Origin: the human T2T-CHM13v2.0 reference genome, Homo sapiens
DNA: 64,000 nucleotides
Assembly (NCBI RefSeq): GCF_009914755.1
Contig: NC_060935.1
Strand: one strand, 5' to 3'
The position numbers were made by a program, and so were the translations under genes. The first letter of the stretch is position 1. Each line of letters opens with the position of its first letter. Positions 58,360 to 64,000 of the stretch are shown here, in pieces. The notes under the pieces were generated by a model, which made no database searches, had not been told where the DNA came from, and was given only the letters and a program-made list of their open reading frames with translations.

Positions 58360-58640
58360 GATGAATGAACTTGGGTAAGACACTCTACCAGCCAGGGCCT
58401 CGGTTTCCTCATCTTACAATTAGGAGGAATGGGTAACATAAACTCTATGAGCCTTTTCAACTCAAGCATACCAAGAGCCCATCTGGTCCTCACAAGTATC
58501 ATATGTGGTAGGAACTATTTTTAGCCTATTTTACAGGTGAGGTGACCAAGATACAGAGAGTTTAGAAAACTGACCCACACAGGAAAAGAGTAGAAAAGCT
58601 AAGTTTTGAATTTGGGGCTTTCTGACTACAAAGCCCATGT
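58360..58640. mobile_element. Two MIR fragments in opposite orientation
   Basis: GGCCTCGGTTTCCTCATCTTACAAT (+) and CCTATTTTACAGGTGAGG...TCTGACTACAAAGCCCATG (-). Confidence 0.6.
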
Positions 58641-59719
58641 GCTACAGGACCCCATTGGAGCTCTTAGAACTTTCAAAGTACTTCAGCATTCTTCCTATTT
58701 TAAAAATGTGAGGCTATGAGGGAATATGGATAGGTATTGCTACCTGCACAACAGGTAAAGAAACTGGGAATTTACCTACAACTATACGCCCAGTAATGGA
58801 GAGCCCTAATTCAGGTCTCCTAATTCTACTCTACTTTATGATCTTTTAAAGGCCAGTAATTACATTACATTAACAAACACTAACCTTGAGACCAAATTTA
58901 ACATCTTGGAAAGAAACCACTGTTACTCTTATAACTGTATAAAATATCCTTTCTTTCTAGAAATCATAGCATCCCATATGGAAGTAAACTATCTGAGATT
59001 CTGCCTTAAGAAGTGTAGATGGCAGTTTAAGTATAGCCCTCTAAAAAGTAGCAGCTTTTCCTACATCATCTTACTAGTTAATCTTCCTGGGAACGGGCTG
59101 ATATTTACTCATCCCAGGAGACCACTGAATTGTCTGGACTCCAAAAGATACCAAGGATAAGGTTTTAAGTTCCCCACCATTAGTCATCACTTGGAGAAAA
59201 GTGACAGAGCTCTTTACAGATGCATTGCCTTGTCTTTGCCCTTAAAATTAACAATTTTCAATGAATTTAAATTAGGAAAAGTCAGTAAAGAGTGCCCTCC
59301 CTCCCTTAAAAGTGGTCGGTTCCCTGGGTAAGATGTGAAATACTTGGCAGTCTCCAGACGACAGGATCAGATAGGCTAACAATGAATTTGAGAGCTTGCA
59401 AAGAAAAGTTAGACAGAATGGATCAGGTTAAAGTGGACACAAATGCCCAACTACAAATTCTAATTATTTTCCTTCCCACTCTTGGAACAAAGAGACAATT
59501 GTAAAATATATTTTGTATGTATATATACACAAATATACATATACATATATACAAATAGTGAAAGTATCTCCTATTATTGATGCTCAGAATTTCTATGGAA
59601 TATAATATATGTGCAGTTTTAACAGTTGAATAATAAAAAATGAATACTTCCTTAGAACTAGGATATAGCTAATTTCTAATATAGGTCTCTTGAGGCCATG
59701 CCTAGGTTATTCTGGTAAA

Positions 59720-59915
59720 CTGATATTGTGGAGAAAACGTTTTTGAGTCACGAAATTCTGGATTCAAATCTTAGCACGTCCTCTTATAGCTCTGTAGATC
59801 CAAGTTACGTAACTTTTCAGAGCTTCAGTTTTCAAAACATCTGTAAGATGGAGGAAAGAACACCAACTTTTGGGGGTTCTTATAAAGATTAAATGTGATA
59901 AAGAATGTAATCTCT
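59720..59915 (+). mobile_element. MIR
   Basis: GAGTCAC...CTGGATTCAAATCTTAGC...AACTTTTCAGAGCTTCAGTTTTC...CATCTGTAAGATGG...AAGATTAAATGTGATAA. Confidence 0.7.
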
Positions 59916-62049
59916 CTAGAACCTTTAGTTCTCATTTCCTTTATTGCCTCCTATTCCTTTGGTGATCATGTACAACAAAATAGGAAACACTTGCTGATGT
60001 TGGTAAACCATGAACTCAACTCCAAAGCAGGAGGTTTAAATAACCAAGAAAACTCCAGGAACTGATGCCATTATTTTCCTAATGAGAAGCACTTATAGTC
60101 ATGCGAAATACACCACACACTTACTTCTAGGTCATTGGCCAACATTTTTGTCCTGAGTGGCAGTGATTGGCTACTCACATTACCCTCTGAAAGCAGCTCT
60201 ATTTTAGTAGAAGTTGTCAAGTAGCTGATGTATGCTGAAAACTATAGAAAGTCACCCTTTCCTCAAGTTCTTAATTGCATCCATTTGTTTAAAAATGCCA
60301 AAAATGCACATGCTCTGACCTTTCTGAGATTTGAACTCAGATCCAGTGAGGAAGTAGAGGCTGAGGATTAGGAAAGAACCATGTGTCTTTGGAAATTGGC
60401 CATGTGCCTCGTCTAGTTGACCTTGGATACTTGAGATTGGGTCCAGTGGTTCCCTCACTTTCTTTGCTTCACAAATTAAAAAGATCTAGCCCATAAGAGA
60501 TGTCTGTGTGTCCATTTCTTGCACTAGGAATATGGGAAAGCTGCTTAAGAAACTGCTGCTTGCAGCTCATGAAATCATGAGTCATTTGTGTAGTAAAGTG
60601 AATTGGCCACTTACATTTGTACAAAGTTGAAAAGAGGGTGGGCTGGGGAATGGGGTAATTCCAACTCAGAAATAAATCATCTGAGTGGACTGTATGCCCC
60701 TTGAAATGCTGGGGCAGGTTGCTGGGTTCACAGAGAGCAGGTCCCCAGCACTGACATCCTTCCAAGTAACAAATCTTCATCAAGGCCTCACGACCTCTTT
60801 AACACCAGCATATAACACAGAAGATTTCAGATCATAGTGTGCTCTCTCTTCCACTTCCTGTTATTTTTAATTCTCTGCTTTGTTTCATGTTTTTAAAAGT
60901 CTTTACTAACACTTCTAGGGGCAGCTTCTGAATGAGACAGTGGCCAGTAATTTCTCTGACGAATACACATTGTTGTCCCCTCTTTGGGGCTGAGGAAATC
61001 CGAGGCAGGAAATGGTCAGTGGCTTGTTCAGTGTGGTGTAGAAAGGTAGAGACAGACCGACCTCATGAGCAGTTCACCGGTTAATTAAGCCCACTGAACC
61101 CTGCTGCCACCTGGAAATGGGTCCTGGGCTCGTTCCTGCACTTCCTCCTCCACACCTGCAGCTGGGCAGAGCCCAGCTGCAGCCACCCCCCTCGGGTGCT
61201 GGCTGCCACTGCTTTGGCTGGTTGTTCCCTCTCTTTAACCCATTTCTTTTCACTCTTGGACCTTTTATCCTTTTCAGTCAAATGATAGATCCAAGTCCAG
61301 AAATTACAGAACAACAGATTGGAACAACAAAGGCAATGAGAATGTCTTTCTAGCTTTCTAAACTTAGGCCCCCAAAGACTTCCAAACACATTTCAAAAAA
61401 TTATTATCTAAAAGCACAGGGGAACAAGTTTAAGGCTGAGACATGTACTGCATATTTTGAGACAGAGTTACATACTCAATTTGCTTAAAAAAAAAATAGA
61501 GTATTTAGTATCATATTTGCAGAGTCACATGTCCCAGTCCACAGGAACTACACAAACTGTGTCTTCAGAAGTTGGTAGTTGGTAATCTCTTTTAGGCATG
61601 CTTAAACCAGAAGAAGAAGATGTAAAATTGGACACAGGAAAAAGATTCTCAGTGTTGCACAGAGGGAAGAACCAGGAAGATCTTAGCCTACTCCTCAACC
61701 TAAACCCTCCATTCATACTTGGCCTTTTCTTTTCAGTCTGTAGTTTGACTTTTCTGCCCTAAAGTCTATGGCCCTGATGAACTCCCAGGAAGAGGAAGCC
61801 ACTGCTTTCTTCCATTTTAATGCCTCTCTTAAGTCCCACCTCAAATTTCACCTTTCTCATAAGGCTTTCCTCAATTCTTCCCAGAGAATTTTACTTCACT
61901 TCTCTTGATTGCACCAATTTTTATTGTTGGTACCATTAAATTTGTAGCTTTACATGTAGACATTTTGGAAGTTTTACATGGGTATGTCTGGTCCTGGTAT
62001 TCTATTTATCCATACTGCCCCAGAGTGTCCAGGCCATGGTGCACTCCAG

Positions 62050-62500
62050 ATTACTTGTAATAAAATGCTTATGGATCATTTAGGTATGCTGTGTATTACA
62101 GACACTCTGTTCTGAAAATGAAAAGCAGAAAGAGACTCAGTCCCTGTTCTCAGGAAGCGTGCAGCCCATTGAGAGAAGAAAGCAGGGAAGCAACTGATTA
62201 GAAGCCAACGTAATGTGTTTTCTCACAGAGGGTGTGAATTCAGGGCTGGAGCAACACGGTGCAGGGGCATCCAACTCTGGGTAGGACACTGGGGAGTAGA
62301 AGTCAGGGTGACTTTTGAATTGAGACTTGAAAAAGCAAAGGTTCACCAGGAGACAAAGGGCAGGGGTAATTCCACCAGGGGCAGGAGGAGGTGCACAAGC
62401 AAATAGGTATGTAAGAGGCCATGAAGCAAAGTATTCAGAGAATTAGGAATATGACTGGAGACCAGGGAGTGTGAGAGCAGGATGGTGGGGATGTGGAATG
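62050..62500 (-). mobile_element. L2 3' fragment
   Basis: AGACTCAGTCCCTGTTCTCAGGAAGC...GTCAGGG...TTTTGAATTGAGACTTGAA...AATTCCA...GGAGG. Confidence 0.5.
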
Positions 62501-64000
62501 AAGAAGCAGACCAATATGTTCGAATTCAGTGGATGCATAAGCGCATCCAACATACTTTGCTCAGTGCTCATTACATGTTACACTGCTGTTCCTATTAAAG
62601 TATAACAAGTATTTGCTTAGCTATTTCACAATTGATCAATTTATACTAGCTCCATGTCACTGGAAATATTTCCCTTGATCCTTGCAAATGCAGTGAAGGA
62701 AAGTGAGAATGCCACTCCTGTGCATTTACTAAAAGTAACTGCACAAGCGCAAATGCACTGTCCATCTAAATAACCAAAAATATAATAGGACATGGTGACT
62801 GTCACTCCACGGTGCTGTTGATACAGTTCACACAGCACTAGATGCTGCCCTGCACTGTTTCCACTTATAGCGTGGTATGTCAGTAGACTCTATGAGACAC
62901 CATATTTAGATTCCATGCTTCAATCCAGAGAACACTGTCCACCGATAATTTATTCGAGCATCTTCCTTGACTGTGTTATCTGTGTTTTTGCTCTATGGTT
63001 TCCTATTTTACAGACCCAACCTTTAAGTCCTTCTCTCTTTTTGACAGTAGAAAAGAATAAGACAGGACAGAGAAGCTTGTAGGAGTAGGTGAAGGTGAAT
63101 AATGGTTGGCAACTTTCTAGTTGATCATATACCTGAGAATACATTACCCTGATGGAGTGAACGCCTTTTGAAACCACAGCTTCGTTCAGATATGTTATTA
63201 GTATTAGATTTTACTATGTAGCCACTGCATTAATTTAGCATCATCGTCTTGACCATTCATCCTTAAAAGTATTAACCCAGTGTAATTCAGTACTTCTTTG
63301 GTAAACCTTCCATAGGAAGATTACGACAATTTTAGTGATTATGAACTATCTAGGCTTAGCAGATGCTGGTAATCTATGGGAATCATGACCTGAAAGGATT
63401 TATGTCTAAATGTGATTTAAAATCCCCCCTTCAAGACTCCAATTTACCTTTCATGCTTTGCATTCTCTCAACGTACATTTCTCTGCAGAATACTTTTTCC
63501 TACTAAATGATTCCAGGCAAGCTTGATATTACATAGGTAAATACATTTGCTTTCTGCGTCGAGGTACTTGTACTAATTCCAAGTTGCTTTGAAAAATGCA
63601 CTAGAAAAAACGTTTGGTGTGCCTTTTGAATTTTTCCACAGCAGTGTCAGTGACAGAAGGCAGCTGTAACGCAGCTGTAACCCTGGCTTTGACTTGGTTT
63701 AAAGGCTGATATTTGACTCCAACTCCAAAAACAATCATCATTCTTATAATTCAATCCTAAGGCACCATGCATCCTCGGTGAACCCCACTTAATTGTCATC
63801 TTTAATAGGGGCACTACTTGGAAATCCAGTTTTCAGCATGTCTTTTTTTATCCTCAGCGTACACAGCATGAAATGCATTTTTATCTTGATGCAGAGCAAG
63901 TGACTTACTTGGGTCAACTGACTACTATTTTAAGGCCAGAATTTCTTGAATAAATAAAGTATAAAAACTCAGAGATTTTTATATTATTTCCACAAAATTA

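Overview
This is primate, most likely human, non-coding genomic DNA of roughly 40% GC, typical of a large intron or intergenic region. I found no recognisable protein-coding exon, RNA gene, CpG island or CRISPR array, and I cannot name the locus from sequence alone. The window holds 24 Alu elements (most with visible target-site duplications), a solo HERV-H LTR7 with a 5-bp TSD abutting an older MLT1 LTR, a second MLT1 split by an Alu, and MER5 DNA-transposon relics. It also has old L1, L2, MIR and CR1/L3 fragments and several microsatellites. The supplied ORFs I could attribute are Alu-, microsatellite- or other repeat-derived; the rest match no protein I recognise and are probably chance. 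The most notable observations are: (1) the LTR7 with intact promoter motifs, a 31-bp duplication and back-to-back polyA signals; (2) a 285-bp tailless L1 ORF1 fragment between ~19-bp target duplications; (3) a dense cluster of palindromes at 27.16-27.29 kb; (4) a template-switch hairpin inside an AluY; (5) closely spaced inverted Alu pairs; (6) several CpG-retaining candidate enhancers; and (7) a speculative 54-aa membrane micropeptide ORF. I do not see convincing evidence of a new biological system. Repeat subfamily calls were made by eye from remembered consensus features, and old-repeat boundaries are approximate.
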